The notes: generated by a model not told the origin, from the letters alone. A stretch of 32,000 bases of DNA from Patescibacteria group bacterium (GCA_041649575.1 JBAZMW010000005.1:1-32000); one strand, 5' to 3'. Counted from the first letter of the stretch, positions 1-9,634 are shown. Numbers and translations are program-made.

Positions 1-2
1 CC

Positions 3-2111
3 GCCTCCAATTATTTGTCTTTGTCTTCCTACTTTGCCACCACCACCTGGGCCGGGGGCAACAACAATCTGGTGGTGAGCGGCAACGTCACCTCCACCTC
101 GCTTTGGCTGGGCGGCGCCGGCACGGCCAACAACTTAGACATGACCAACGATCTGTACGTAGCCGATGACGTGGAAATTGACGGCTCGCTCTGGGTTCAA
201 AGTGCCACTACTACCGACTCCCTTTACGTGGGCGGTTATGCTTCCTCTACAGGCGGTTTATTTACCAAAGGCAACGGGCACTTTGGCGGTAATTTAAAAG
301 TGGATGGCAATACCACCACTACCGGTCAGTTTGAAGCTAACTCGGTTTTATACGCTAAAGACGGCAATGTTGGCGTTGGTATTGACCCGACAACTCTGCC
401 GGCCTTAGGACTCTCGATTATTCCCAAATTGACCAGCATTGATACGGTAGCTGAAACATCTGGGGCTGCTTATAGCAATTTTCTAAGCACCACTTTTTCA
501 CCCGCCTCGGATTCAACTCTATTGGCTGGTGGTTTAATAGTGGATGCCAAAGGCGATGGTGCCAACCACCAAAGCTCCGTCTATGGCATAACTTTAGGGG
601 CTAATTATGAGGGAACAGCCAGTCTGACTACTTTGGTTGCTTTGCAAACAACGGCTGAACTGGCCAATGCGGGTAGCGTGACTTCCACCGTAGCTGTTAA
701 TGCCAAAATAAATAACGGACTTGAAGATACTGATGGCGGTGGTGATATGACTAGTGCCGTCGGCATAAATGCGGAAATAGAACTGGGCACTCAAGCGGGA
801 ATAGTTGGTAATTATGTTGGTTTTCATGCTTTAGCTCCGGTTATTGATGGCGGGGCGATAACCAATACTTATGGATTATTGGTTGAAGATATAAATAATG
901 CCAGCGCAATGAATTACGCCATTTGGACTAATGACGGGCAAGTGAGGCTGGATAATTCTGCGGCTACCACCACTTTGTATGTCACGGGTAAGAGTTATTT
1001 TAGTGGGCATACTACCACTACAGGCAACTTAACCGCCAGCGGCGTTTACTCGGAAACCACTGCCTCGGCCGCTAACGTCTATGTCGATACCGACGGAAAG
1101 TTAATGCGTTCCACCTCCGGCAGAAAATACAAAACCGATATCGACTACGAGGGGGTCAGTGGTGATTTGCTTTATCAGTTGCAGCCAGCTTCGTATAAGG
1201 ATAAGAATACCGGCCAAGAGTATATCGGTTTTGTGGCGGAGGATGTGGCTTTGGTCGAGCCGCGTCTGGTGTTGCTTGATAAGGAAGGCAACCCTGATGC
1301 TTTGCATTATGGTAATTTTTCCGCCTTAATAACCAAAGCCGTTCAGGATTTGGCCAGGCGTGTGGATTCTTTGGTTGTCAGCAATCCCGCCGGAGAAACA
1401 GCTGGCGACTCCTCTCCATTGCCAGTAATAGATCAGCCAGACTCGGCAATTGATAGACTGGTGGTCAGGCAGGCGGCGGAATTCTATGGCACGATTTATG
1501 TCTATGGCGAAGCCGATTTTATCGCCAAAGTGACTTTCAAAAAACATGTTTATTTTGACGAAGACGCGGCTGGCGTAGCGACCATTCAGCCAAACGCCAC
1601 CAGCACGGAAATTGTTTTTAAGGAGGCCTATGAAGAAATTCCGATAATCAATGTCACGCCCAAAGGCAATACCGGCGGGAGAAATTATTGGGTGGCGGAC
1701 GAGAATTTGCAAGGGTTTAGAATTGTAATCGAGCCGGCCGCTGATAGTGAATTCAAATTTAATTGGCAGGCGGTGGCGGTCAAAGGAAACGGGGCTGTCG
1801 GGGAGGAGGAGACTTTAAAAGAAGTGACTGTTATCAGTTTGCCGCCGGTTGAAAATGAGGCAGTTGAAACTGGCCCAGAAGACTCCAGCGCCAGCTCGAG
1901 CAATGAGCTTCTTGACCAACTTACAACAGATCAGGCCCCTGAAGATCAAAGCGAGCCCCAAGAGCCACCCGCCGAGGCCTTGGTTGGTGAGACCGCGGCA
2001 GAGCCGGTTCAGAGCGAAAACCAGCTGGAAACAACCACTAATGCTTCTGAAAACTCTAAAGAGGACACTGTTGCCGCAGTCGCAGCGGAGACGCCCGTCA
2101 ACACCGAGTAA
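3..2111 (+). CDS. Large tail-fibre-like surface protein with a peptidase S74 intramolecular-chaperone domain (5' end cut by the window)
   Basis: The frame is open from nt 3, with no stop before the TTG at 15. The N-terminal part is Gly/Thr/Ser-rich. Nt ~1116-1370 encode STSGRKYKTDI...IGFVAEDVALVEP...LHYGNFSALITKAVQDL, which matches the endosialidase/tail-spike chaperone domain pattern (SDxRxKxNI ... GxIAQEV). About 245 aa follow, ending in an acidic low-complexity tail. Confidence 0.8.
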   Translation, partial: ASNYLSLSSYFATTTWAGGNNNLVVSGNVTSTSLWLGGAGTANNLDMTNDLYVADDVEIDGSLWVQSATTTDSLYVGGYASSTGGLFTKGNGHFGGNLKVDGNTTTTGQFEANSVLYAKDGNVGVGIDPTTLPALGLSIIPKLTSIDTVAETSGAAYSNFLSTTFSPASDSTLLAGGLIVDAKGDGANHQSSVYGITLGANYEGTASLTTLVALQTTAELANAGSVTSTVAVNAKINNGLEDTDGGGDMTSAVGINAEIELGTQAGIVGNYVGFHALAPVIDGGAITNTYGLLVEDINNASAMNYAIWTNDGQVRLDNSAATTTLYVTGKSYFSGHTTTTGNLTASGVYSETTASAANVYVDTDGKLMRSTSGRKYKTDIDYEGVSGDLLYQLQPASYKDKNTGQEYIGFVAEDVALVEPRLVLLDKEGNPDALHYGNFSALITKAVQDLARRVDSLVVSNPAGETAGDSSPLPVIDQPDSAIDRLVVRQAAEFYGTIYVYGEADFIAKVTFKKHVYFDEDAAGVATIQPNATSTEIVFKEAYEEIPIINVTPKGNTGGRNYWVADENLQGFRIVIEPAADSEFKFNWQAVAVKGNGAVGEEETLKEVTVISLPPVENEAVETGPEDSSASSSNELLDQLTTDQAPEDQSEPQEPPAEALVGETAAEPVQSENQLETTTNASENSKEDTVAAVAAETPVNTE

Positions 2112-2178
2112 AGGGTTGCTTAAAAATTGATTTTTAGTTAAGATTATCAGACATTCATAATCAATAATTTACAATCAA

Positions 2179-2505
2179 ATGAGCGAAGTTATTTTTAATG
2201 ATTCAAATTTTGAGGCCGAGGCCTTAAAGGACACCAAGCCAGTGCTGGTGGATTTTTACGCCGACTGGTGCGGGCCATGTAAAATGCAAGCTCCGATTAT
2301 CGAGGAATTGGCCGAAGAATTTGGCGATAGAGCCAAGCTGGGAAAATTAGATGTTGACAGCAGCCCACAGACAGCCCAAAAGTTTGAGGTGATGTCCATC
2401 CCGACCATTATGATTTTTAAAAACGGCGAGATAATTAGTAGATTTACTGGCTTGCAAAGCAAGGATTTTTTGGCAACAGAGCTAAATAAACTAATCAATA
2501 ATTAA
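2179..2505 (+). CDS. trxA: Thioredoxin
   Basis: 108 aa with the WCGPC active site and a typical thioredoxin length and layout. Confidence 0.95.
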   Translation: MSEVIFNDSNFEAEALKDTKPVLVDFYADWCGPCKMQAPIIEELAEEFGDRAKLGKLDVDSSPQTAQKFEVMSIPTIMIFKNGEIISRFTGLQSKDFLATELNKLINN

Positions 2506-2510
2506 CCAAA

Positions 2511-3653
2511 ATGGATTACGCCGCCAGTTCGCTCCGGCTGCACCAAAAGTATCGAGGGAAAATCTCTTTGAAGCTGAAAGTGCCGCTTAAAAATAAAAAA
2601 GATTTAGCCATCGCTTATACGCCGGGAGTTGGCGCGGTGGCCACGGCTATTTACAAAGACAAGAAGAAATCTTGGCAGTTAACCAATCGCGCCAATCAAG
2701 TGGCAATAGTTTCTGACGGCTCGGCGGTTTTAGGCCTGGGCAATCTGGGGCCGGAAGCAGCCATGCCAGTGATGGAAGGCAAGGCCGCTATTTTCAAAGC
2801 TTTTGCCGATATCGACGCCATTCCTTTATGCATCGACACTCAAGAGCCAGAGGAAATTATTAATTTTTGCAAAAGACTGGAACCAAGTTTTGCCGGTATT
2901 AACTTGGAAGATATTGCTGCGCCTCGTTGTTTTGAGGTTTTGGGCCGCTTAGAAGAAGAATTGACCATTCCGGTTTTTCATGACGATCAGGATGGCACGG
3001 CGATCGTGGTTTTGGCGGCGCTGATCAACGCTTGCCGGCTGACCAAAAAGAATTTTAAAAAACTCCAAGTCGTTATTAGCGGCGCGGGCGCGGCGGGCCT
3101 GGCGATTGCCAGATTACTGATCAGGCAGGGAGTAAAAGAGCTATTGCTGGTTGATAGTTGCGGTCTTATTTATGAAGGACGCCTTAAATTGAATCAGATA
3201 AAAGCGGAAATAAGCTGTCAGACTAACAGCAAGAAAATCAAAGGCGATTTAGGCGAGGCGCTGAAGGGAGCAGACGTTTTTATTGGCGTTTCCAAGGCCA
3301 ATTTACTGACAAAGGAAATGATAAAAAAGATGGCCAGACAACCGATAATTTTTGCCATGGCCAATCCGGTGCCCGAGATTATGCCGGCCTTGGCTCTGGA
3401 GGCTGGCGCGGCAATCGTTGGCACTGGGCGCAGCGATTTTCCCAATCAGATAAATAACGCTCTGGTGTTTCCGGGAATTTTTCGCGGGTTGTTGGACGGA
3501 AAAATCAGGAAAGTAACGGTGGAAATGAAAATCGCTGTGGCTAAAGCCTTGGCCAACAGTCTGCAGCCGCAAAAAAATAAAATTTTGCCACTAGTCACCG
3601 ACAGGAGAACGGTCGCAGTCATCGCCCGTTCGATAAAAAAATTTAATAAATAA
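2511..3653 (+). CDS. NAD(P)-dependent malic enzyme (short form)
   Basis: 380 aa with YTPGVG, the FHDDQDGTA signature and a GAGAAG dinucleotide-binding motif. Confidence 0.9.
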   Translation: MDYAASSLRLHQKYRGKISLKLKVPLKNKKDLAIAYTPGVGAVATAIYKDKKKSWQLTNRANQVAIVSDGSAVLGLGNLGPEAAMPVMEGKAAIFKAFADIDAIPLCIDTQEPEEIINFCKRLEPSFAGINLEDIAAPRCFEVLGRLEEELTIPVFHDDQDGTAIVVLAALINACRLTKKNFKKLQVVISGAGAAGLAIARLLIRQGVKELLLVDSCGLIYEGRLKLNQIKAEISCQTNSKKIKGDLGEALKGADVFIGVSKANLLTKEMIKKMARQPIIFAMANPVPEIMPALALEAGAAIVGTGRSDFPNQINNALVFPGIFRGLLDGKIRKVTVEMKIAVAKALANSLQPQKNKILPLVTDRRTVAVIARSIKKFNK

Positions 3654-3658
3654 TATTT

Positions 3659-4606
3659 ATGTCAGCAGAGCTAAAAAAGTACGATTTAATTATTGTCGGC
3701 GCCGGGCCGGCCGGACTGACCGCCTCGGTCTATGCTTCGCGCTACAAAGTGAAGCATCTGATAATCGCCAAGTTGACCGGCGGCATAGCCACGGAAGCTC
3801 ATTGGGTTTGCAACTTTCCTTCGGAAAAAAATATTTCCGGCGCTGATCTGATGGCCAAAGTAGAGGATCAGGCCAGAAGCCTGGGCGGCCAGATTTTGTC
3901 GGGAGAGGTGAGTGACATCGAAAAAAAATCAGGCGGTTTTTTGGTGACCCTGGCTGGCGGAAAAAGTTTTTTGGCTCAAAAAATACTTTTAGCCAGCGGC
4001 ACCAAGCGACGTCGTTTGAACCTGGCGAGCGAAAAAAAGTTTATTGGCAAGGGCGTGTCTTATTGCGCTGCTTGCGACGCTTTTTTCTATCGTCAGAAAA
4101 CGGTCGCCGTCGTTGGCGGTAGCGACAGCGCCAATACCGCAGCCCTATATTTGGCCAAAGTGGCGAAGAAAGTTTATCAGATTTATCGAGGCGAGAAATT
4201 GCGCGGCGACCAAACTTGGGTTGAGCAGGTTTTGAGTGATCCAAAAATCGAAGTGGTTTTTGGTACCAATATCGTTGATTTCAAGGGCAATACCAAACTG
4301 GAGTCGGTACTTTTGGATAGGCCGTTTCAGGGCAGCCAAGAGCTAAAGCTCGACGGTGTGTTTTTGGAAATAGGCGCGGAGCCAGAAACGGAGTTTTTTA
4401 GAAGTACGGGCGTTGACAGAGACGCGCGCGGCTATATTATGGTAAACAAGAATCAGTCGACCAGTATTAGTGGCATCTGGGCGGCAGGCGATATCACCAA
4501 TGGCTCCAATAATTTTCACCAGGTGGTGACGGCTTGCAGCGAGGGAGCAGTGGCTGTTCAGAGCATTTTTCTTTCTTTACAACAAGAAAAGCAAAAGTTT
4601 AAATAG
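3659..4606 (+). CDS. trxB: Thioredoxin-disulfide reductase
   Basis: 315 aa with the GAGPAG FAD motif, a redox-active CAACD motif and a C-terminal GD(I/V)T motif. Confidence 0.9.
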   Translation: MSAELKKYDLIIVGAGPAGLTASVYASRYKVKHLIIAKLTGGIATEAHWVCNFPSEKNISGADLMAKVEDQARSLGGQILSGEVSDIEKKSGGFLVTLAGGKSFLAQKILLASGTKRRRLNLASEKKFIGKGVSYCAACDAFFYRQKTVAVVGGSDSANTAALYLAKVAKKVYQIYRGEKLRGDQTWVEQVLSDPKIEVVFGTNIVDFKGNTKLESVLLDRPFQGSQELKLDGVFLEIGAEPETEFFRSTGVDRDARGYIMVNKNQSTSISGIWAAGDITNGSNNFHQVVTACSEGAVAVQSIFLSLQQEKQKFK

Positions 4607-4620
4607 TTGTCATAACGCTA

Positions 4621-5250
4621 ATGAGCCTGCCGAATTTTAAATTGGAAAAAGAGCTCGTCCAGAACGGCTATAATAATATTATTGGTCTGGATGAAGTCGG
4701 CCGCGGCGCTTGGGCGGGACCGGTGGTAGCGGCGGCGGTTAGTTTTAGCGCCAAAGCCGAGACGACAAAATTGGCAGTCAACGATTCCAAGCTGTTATCG
4801 GCTCAAGAGCGAGAAAGAATTTTTTCCTGGCTGATAGAAAATTTCGCTTATGGCGTGGGGGTGGTTTCCCCAAAGTTGGTTGACCACTTTGGCATTGTGG
4901 CGGCAACCAAGCTGGCCATGAGCCAGGCCGTGGCAAATTTGCCGGCCAGCCCTGATTATCTTTTGATAGACGCTCTGACTCTGGAGAGCCTGGCCAGTAT
5001 TTCTCAAAGAGGGATTATCAAGGGCGACAGAAAGGTTTGGACAATTGCCGCGGCTTCGATTGTTGCCAAAGTTACCCGCGACCGGATTATGGATTATTAT
5101 CATCAGATTTATGAATGTTACGGTTTTAATCGTCATAAGGGCTATGGCACCAAGCTGCACCAGGCGATGCTACTAGAATACGGCTCTTGCGGGCTGCATC
5201 GTCAAAGTTTCAGGCCGCTAATGGATTTGAGGTTGAATGGTTGTTGTTAA
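4621..5250 (+). CDS. rnhB: Ribonuclease HII
   Basis: 209 aa with the DEVGRGAWAGPVV catalytic motif and conserved DSK and KGYG segments. Confidence 0.9.
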   Translation: MSLPNFKLEKELVQNGYNNIIGLDEVGRGAWAGPVVAAAVSFSAKAETTKLAVNDSKLLSAQERERIFSWLIENFAYGVGVVSPKLVDHFGIVAATKLAMSQAVANLPASPDYLLIDALTLESLASISQRGIIKGDRKVWTIAAASIVAKVTRDRIMDYYHQIYECYGFNRHKGYGTKLHQAMLLEYGSCGLHRQSFRPLMDLRLNGCC

Positions 5251-5293
5251 AACATTATAATTAAAGTATTAATTAATCATTAATCTTAAATTT

Positions 5294-5848
5294 ATGCCTG
5301 ATAATAATGTAAAAGGCGGCAACGAATTGATTAATATTAATGTTTATGAAAAAATCGGATTGATGTTGGGAATGAACGTCGGTGACTTGGGTTGCGGCAA
5401 TCTGGGTTATTTTTCTCTGCCAGCCGCCAAAATCGTTGGTAAAAGCGGAACGGTTTACGCAGTCGATATTTTGAAATCGGCTTTGCAGGCGGTGGAAAAC
5501 AGAGCCAAACAAGAAGGTATTGACAACCTGAAGACGGTATGGTCAAATTTGGAAGTAGTGGGGGCAACCAAGATTCCCGAAGCCAGCTTGGACATAGCTT
5601 TCATTCATAATGTTCTCTTTCAGTCCGATAAAGACGATCTGGTGATAAAGGAAGCTTATCGCTTGGTCAAGTTGGGCGGCAAATTAATGGTGATCGATTG
5701 GCTCAAGGTCAAAGCGCCTTTTGGGCCGCTTTTGGGAGATCGTATCGACAAAGAAGAAGTAAAAAAAATGGCTCAAGCAACCGGCTTTAACTTTCTTGAG
5801 GAATTTATGGCTGGTCCCTATCATTACGGCTTGATTTTCGTTAAGTAG
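5294..5848 (+). CDS. Class I SAM-dependent methyltransferase
   Basis: 184 aa with the SAM-binding motif I (VGDLGCGNLG) and a typical downstream acidic loop (YAVDI). Confidence 0.75.
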   Translation: MPDNNVKGGNELININVYEKIGLMLGMNVGDLGCGNLGYFSLPAAKIVGKSGTVYAVDILKSALQAVENRAKQEGIDNLKTVWSNLEVVGATKIPEASLDIAFIHNVLFQSDKDDLVIKEAYRLVKLGGKLMVIDWLKVKAPFGPLLGDRIDKEEVKKMAQATGFNFLEEFMAGPYHYGLIFVK

Positions 5849-5856
5849 AAATTTTT

Positions 5857-6276
5857 ATGCAATTACCACTTAATATTTTTAGATTTTTTGACCCGGAAAG
5901 ATTGTTTTATCTGAAGGCGGGTATCGCACTAAGTACGGTATATTTTCTATTGGCGCTATTTGGCGTTTTAGTTTTGGCCGGCTTGGTAGTGGAAGTTATA
6001 AGAAAGCTCAAGCCGCGGGAAAATTTTATCAATAAGTTATTCAAACTTTATTCGACCTGGCTCTTGACTTTGGGGCTTTTGGGAGCGGCGCTGGTTTGGT
6101 TTCGTTATGAGAGAGTGTTTATTTTGGCGGCCAGATTTTGGTTGCTGTTGTGGCTGATTGTTTTGGTGATCTGGCTGGTTTTTATCTGGCGCTATCAGTT
6201 CAAAGTAGTGCCGCAGGCCAGAAAACAATCGGAATTCAGAAAAATTTTCAATAAATATTTACCTAGAAAAAAATAA
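5857..6276 (+). CDS. Hypothetical integral membrane protein
   Basis: 139 aa with three long hydrophobic segments and a basic C-terminus. No recognised family. Confidence 0.6.
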   Translation: MQLPLNIFRFFDPERLFYLKAGIALSTVYFLLALFGVLVLAGLVVEVIRKLKPRENFINKLFKLYSTWLLTLGLLGAALVWFRYERVFILAARFWLLLWLIVLVIWLVFIWRYQFKVVPQARKQSEFRKIFNKYLPRKK

Positions 6277-6288
6277 ACAAAAAACAAT

Positions 6289-7704
6289 ATGTCCCAAGAG
6301 GAAGCCGCTTCGTCTAAGAAAAAAACCAAAATCGCTTCGAAAATGTTTGTGATTAGTCAGGTGGTAAAATTTTTGCCACATCTTTCCAAAAAAAATTTGC
6401 TAAAGATTTTGTCGCTTTACGAAAAAATCGCCTCGGGCCAGCCGCGGGAAGTGGTGCGAATGATTATCAAGCTTTTTAACGACAGCGTGGCCGGTGATTT
6501 TATCCTGCGCGCCGCCAAACTGACCAATTCCAAGGCCAGAAAAGCCATCGCCACCACCTTGATTGCCGACGGTTTTATTTTGCGCGACGAGGCCAGAAGA
6601 AGAACCGAGGCAGAGGGCAGCTTCACTCCCACCAGTCTGCTGATTTCGCCTACCATGAGATGCAATTTAAGATGCAAAGGCTGTTATGCCGGCAATTATT
6701 CCCAAAAAGACGATTTGCCTTATGAAGTGGTGGACAGAGTGGTAACCGAGGGAAAAGAAATGGGTGTGGCCCTGGTCACTATCCTGGGCGGGGAGCCTTT
6801 GATCTGGGAGAGGCTGTTTGATTTGTTTGCCGCTCACCAGAATATGTATTTTCAGTTTTATACCAATGGCACGCTGCTTTCGGAAGATAAAGTAAAGAAG
6901 ATCAGAGACTTGGGCAACGTGGCTGTAATTTTGAGCATCGAGGGATTTAAAAAAGAGACCGACGAAAGGCGGCAGGCAGGAGTTTACGACAAAGTGTTGA
7001 AAGCTATGGATTTACTAAGGAAACATAAAGTCCCTTTTGGTTATTCGGTGGCTGTCACCAAAGACAACGAAGCGGTCATAACCAGTGATGAGTTTGTCGA
7101 TTTGATGATCGAGAAAGGCGCTTTAATCGGCTGGTTGTTTATGTATATGCCGGTCGGCAAAGATCCCGATTTAAACCTAATGCCGACACCGGAGCAACGG
7201 CGGCACTTACTCGATTTTGATCGCCATATTCGTCAGACCAGGCCATTATTTATTGTGGATTTTTGGAATGACGCGCCATTTGTCGGTGGCTGCATTGCTG
7301 GCAAATTTTATGCCCATATCACTTCCAGCGGCTTGGTGGAGCCCTGTATTTTCACTCATTTAGCCAAGGACAATATTAAGGAAAAATCTCTAAAAGAAGT
7401 CATGAGTTCCGAATTTTTCAAGGAGATGAGAAGACGCCAGCCCTACAACGATAATTTATATTTGCCGTGCATGTGGATTGACCATCCGGAAGTCAGCCGG
7501 GATTTGCACGCCAAATTTAACCTGACCCTCACTCATCCGGGAGCGGATGACGTCTTGGTAAAAGATGATTTGAGAAAGGGCGTGGAAGAATACAGCCACA
7601 AGGTCAAAGAGCTGTACGGGCCGGAATGGGAAAAAGAAAAACAGCTCTCGGCCGCGCAGCAGGGAGCGGAAGACGTGTTGTTGCGCATTTTTGGCAAAGA
7701 ATAA
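6289..7704 (+). CDS. Radical SAM protein with an auxiliary C-terminal Cys motif
   Basis: 471 aa with the CNLRCKGCY (CxxxCxxC) cluster motif and a GGEPL motif. Downstream cysteines (GGCIAG...EPCIF...PCMW) suggest an auxiliary cluster. A ~110-aa helical N-terminal extension is present. Confidence 0.8.
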   Translation: MSQEEAASSKKKTKIASKMFVISQVVKFLPHLSKKNLLKILSLYEKIASGQPREVVRMIIKLFNDSVAGDFILRAAKLTNSKARKAIATTLIADGFILRDEARRRTEAEGSFTPTSLLISPTMRCNLRCKGCYAGNYSQKDDLPYEVVDRVVTEGKEMGVALVTILGGEPLIWERLFDLFAAHQNMYFQFYTNGTLLSEDKVKKIRDLGNVAVILSIEGFKKETDERRQAGVYDKVLKAMDLLRKHKVPFGYSVAVTKDNEAVITSDEFVDLMIEKGALIGWLFMYMPVGKDPDLNLMPTPEQRRHLLDFDRHIRQTRPLFIVDFWNDAPFVGGCIAGKFYAHITSSGLVEPCIFTHLAKDNIKEKSLKEVMSSEFFKEMRRRQPYNDNLYLPCMWIDHPEVSRDLHAKFNLTLTHPGADDVLVKDDLRKGVEEYSHKVKELYGPEWEKEKQLSAAQQGAEDVLLRIFGKE

Positions 7705-7713
7705 AGCTGCTTG

Positions 7714-8073
7714 ATGAGCAATTACAAAATTAGATTAGGGAAGTTTGGCGAGCAGCTAGCAGCGGAGTTTTTGAAGCGAAACGGCTATAAAATAATTGAT
7801 AAAAATTTTTATACTCCCTTCGGAGAAATAGATCTCATCGCCGAAAGCGGCGATGAGATTTTGTTTGTGGAAGTGAAAGCTAGAAGCGGTGAGGATTTTG
7901 GTTATCCGGAGGTGGCAGTCGACCGGAGAAAGACCAGTCATCTCTTGAAGACGATCGGCCTGTATTTGGAACGCAAAAATCTAAATAATTTTTGGCGGCT
8001 GGATATAATCAGCGTGGAGATAGACAGAGCCAGAAAGGTGGCCAAGGTGAAATGGTTCAAAGGGATTGGGTGA
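7714..8073 (+). CDS. yraN: YraN family endonuclease (UPF0102)
   Basis: About 119 aa with GEIDLIA...FVEVKAR, the PD-(D/E)XK pattern of the YraN family. ATG at 7714 is preferred over the TTG at 7711. Confidence 0.85.
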   Translation: MSNYKIRLGKFGEQLAAEFLKRNGYKIIDKNFYTPFGEIDLIAESGDEILFVEVKARSGEDFGYPEVAVDRRKTSHLLKTIGLYLERKNLNNFWRLDIISVEIDRARKVAKVKWFKGIG

Positions 8074-8192
8074 TGCTAAGATATTTTACATAGAATAAAC
8101 ATAATAAGCGAAGAGGCAGATAAAGGTCGCTCTTGATTTTTTTTGTAGTTGTGATATTATTAATAATATAGAAAAGATATTGTTGATTTTTG

Positions 8193-8219
8193 ACAGCCAG
8201 CAGCGGCTGTTATTTTTTT
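8193..8219 (+). terminator. Rho-independent terminator-like hairpin
   Basis: Stem ACAGCC/GGCTGT with a 6-nt loop (8193-8210), followed by TATTTTTTT. Confidence 0.5.
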
Positions 8220-8295
8220 AAAAAAGCCGACAAATTTTATTTAAATTAAGATAAAATAGATAAATTGTTAATTGTTAAAATTAACCGTTAAATTT

Positions 8296-9588
8296 ATGTC
8301 TCAATCGCCAATCCAAGCGGCAATTCAACAGATTTGCCAAGAAAAAAATTTGGCCGAAGAAGTGGTGTTAAGAACTATTGAATTAGCTCTCGCAGCGGCT
8401 TTTCGTAAGGATTTCGGCAATAAAATGCAAAATATTGTCACCGAATTCGATCCCAAAACCGGTGGTGTCAAGGTTTTTGACGTGAAAACCGTGGTGGAAG
8501 ATTTGCCAGAAGAATTATTACAAGAGTTGATGCAAGAGGCGGAGCTGGAGAAACCAAGATTTAAAGATGAAGCTATTAGTGAAGGCGCGTTTGTCTCCGG
8601 CGAAGAGGAAGAGGTGAAAAAATTCAATCCCAGAACAGAAATTCAGCTGAAAGACGCCAAATTAATAGACAAAAAATATGAAATCGGCGATGAGATTATC
8701 ACTCCTTTGGAAGTGCCAGGTGAGTTTGGCCGGATGGCGGCGCAGACAGCCAAGCAAGTGATCATTCAAAAACTAAGAGAGCAGGAACGTGAAAATATTT
8801 TTGAAGAATACAAAGCCCTGGAGCACCAAGTGCTCATTGGTACGGTGCAACGGCGCGAGGGCAGAAATGTTTTAATAGATTTGGGGCACACTACGGCTAT
8901 TATGCCGCTCGAAGAATCGGTGGACAGAGAAAGATACAACATTGGCAATCGGATGAAATTTTATTTGAAATCAGTGGAGCAGACTTCGCGCGGTCCGCAG
9001 ATTATTCTCTCGCGGGTCAGCCCGGAAATTGTCAAAAAAATATTTGAAACCGAAATTCCCGAGGTGGCCAGCGGTGCGATAGAAGTCAGATCAATCGCCC
9101 GAGAAGCCGGCGGCCGTTCCAAAGTGGCAATTTTTACGGCCAGCGAAAACATCGATCCCATTGGCTCTTGCGTGGGCCAGCGCGGCGCCAGAATTCAGAC
9201 CATCATCGGCGAGCTAAACGGCGAAAAGGTGGATATAATTTTATGGGACGACGATCCAGTCAGATTTATTACTAATTCTCTGTCGCCGGCCAAAGTGACG
9301 GCAGTGGAACTGGAAGAAAAGGCGGACGAAAAAGTCGCTTTAGTCAAGGTCAAAGACGATCAGTTGTCTTTGGCTATTGGCCGCGGCGGTCAGAACGTGA
9401 GACTGGCTTCCAAGCTGACTGGCTGGAAGATAGATATTATTTCCGACAGCGGCCAGGCAGTGGCAGAACCGGTCGCAGAAGCGAACTTAAGCGAAGTGGC
9501 AGAAGAGACAGAGGAAAAGCCAGAGAGCGAGGAGCAGAGCCTTGAAAAAGTAAAGGAGAAAAAAACCAGAAAGAAAAAAGAAGAATAA
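8296..9588 (+). CDS. nusA: Transcription termination/antitermination factor NusA
   Basis: NusA N-terminal domain, an S1 domain, and two KH domains with GxxG motifs (VGQRGARIQ, IGRGGQNVRL). An acidic/basic C-terminal tail is present. ATG at 8296 is preferred over the TTG at 8272. Confidence 0.9.
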   Translation: MSQSPIQAAIQQICQEKNLAEEVVLRTIELALAAAFRKDFGNKMQNIVTEFDPKTGGVKVFDVKTVVEDLPEELLQELMQEAELEKPRFKDEAISEGAFVSGEEEEVKKFNPRTEIQLKDAKLIDKKYEIGDEIITPLEVPGEFGRMAAQTAKQVIIQKLREQERENIFEEYKALEHQVLIGTVQRREGRNVLIDLGHTTAIMPLEESVDRERYNIGNRMKFYLKSVEQTSRGPQIILSRVSPEIVKKIFETEIPEVASGAIEVRSIAREAGGRSKVAIFTASENIDPIGSCVGQRGARIQTIIGELNGEKVDIILWDDDPVRFITNSLSPAKVTAVELEEKADEKVALVKVKDDQLSLAIGRGGQNVRLASKLTGWKIDIISDSGQAVAEPVAEANLSEVAEETEEKPESEEQSLEKVKEKKTRKKKEE

Positions 9589-9601
9589 TTATTTGTTAGC
9601 G

Positions 9602-9634
9602 CTCCGTCCCGACTAGTCAGGACGGAGTGTTTTT
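9602..9634 (+). terminator. Rho-independent terminator after nusA
   Basis: CTCCGTCC...GGACGGAG stem extended by a (C)GAC/GTC(A) segment, followed by TGTTTTT. Confidence 0.8.

Noticed and set aside
594-2130. Small ORFs overlapping the tail-fibre-like gene (594-827, 605-790, 1101-1307, 1326-1712, 1685-1903 on the minus strand; 1849-2130 on the plus strand).
   Set aside because: All are nested within a long, domain-supported ORF and have no features of their own.
8133-8219. Promoter-like TTGATT-N16-TATTAT (with a TG) followed ~50 nt later by the 8193-8219 hairpin, as a possible tiny sRNA upstream of nusA.
   Set aside because: Promoter-like matches are expected by chance in AT-rich intergenic DNA. 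The hairpin is more simply the terminator of the upstream operon.
8272-8295. ORF-track N-terminal extensions from non-ATG starts (nusA 8272, apgM 9627, GIY-YIG 20746, recombinase 22708, Rep-like 24273, yraN 7711).
   Set aside because: The extensions run through terminators, promoters or hairpins and add atypical residues. Internal ATGs give N-termini that match the family norms.
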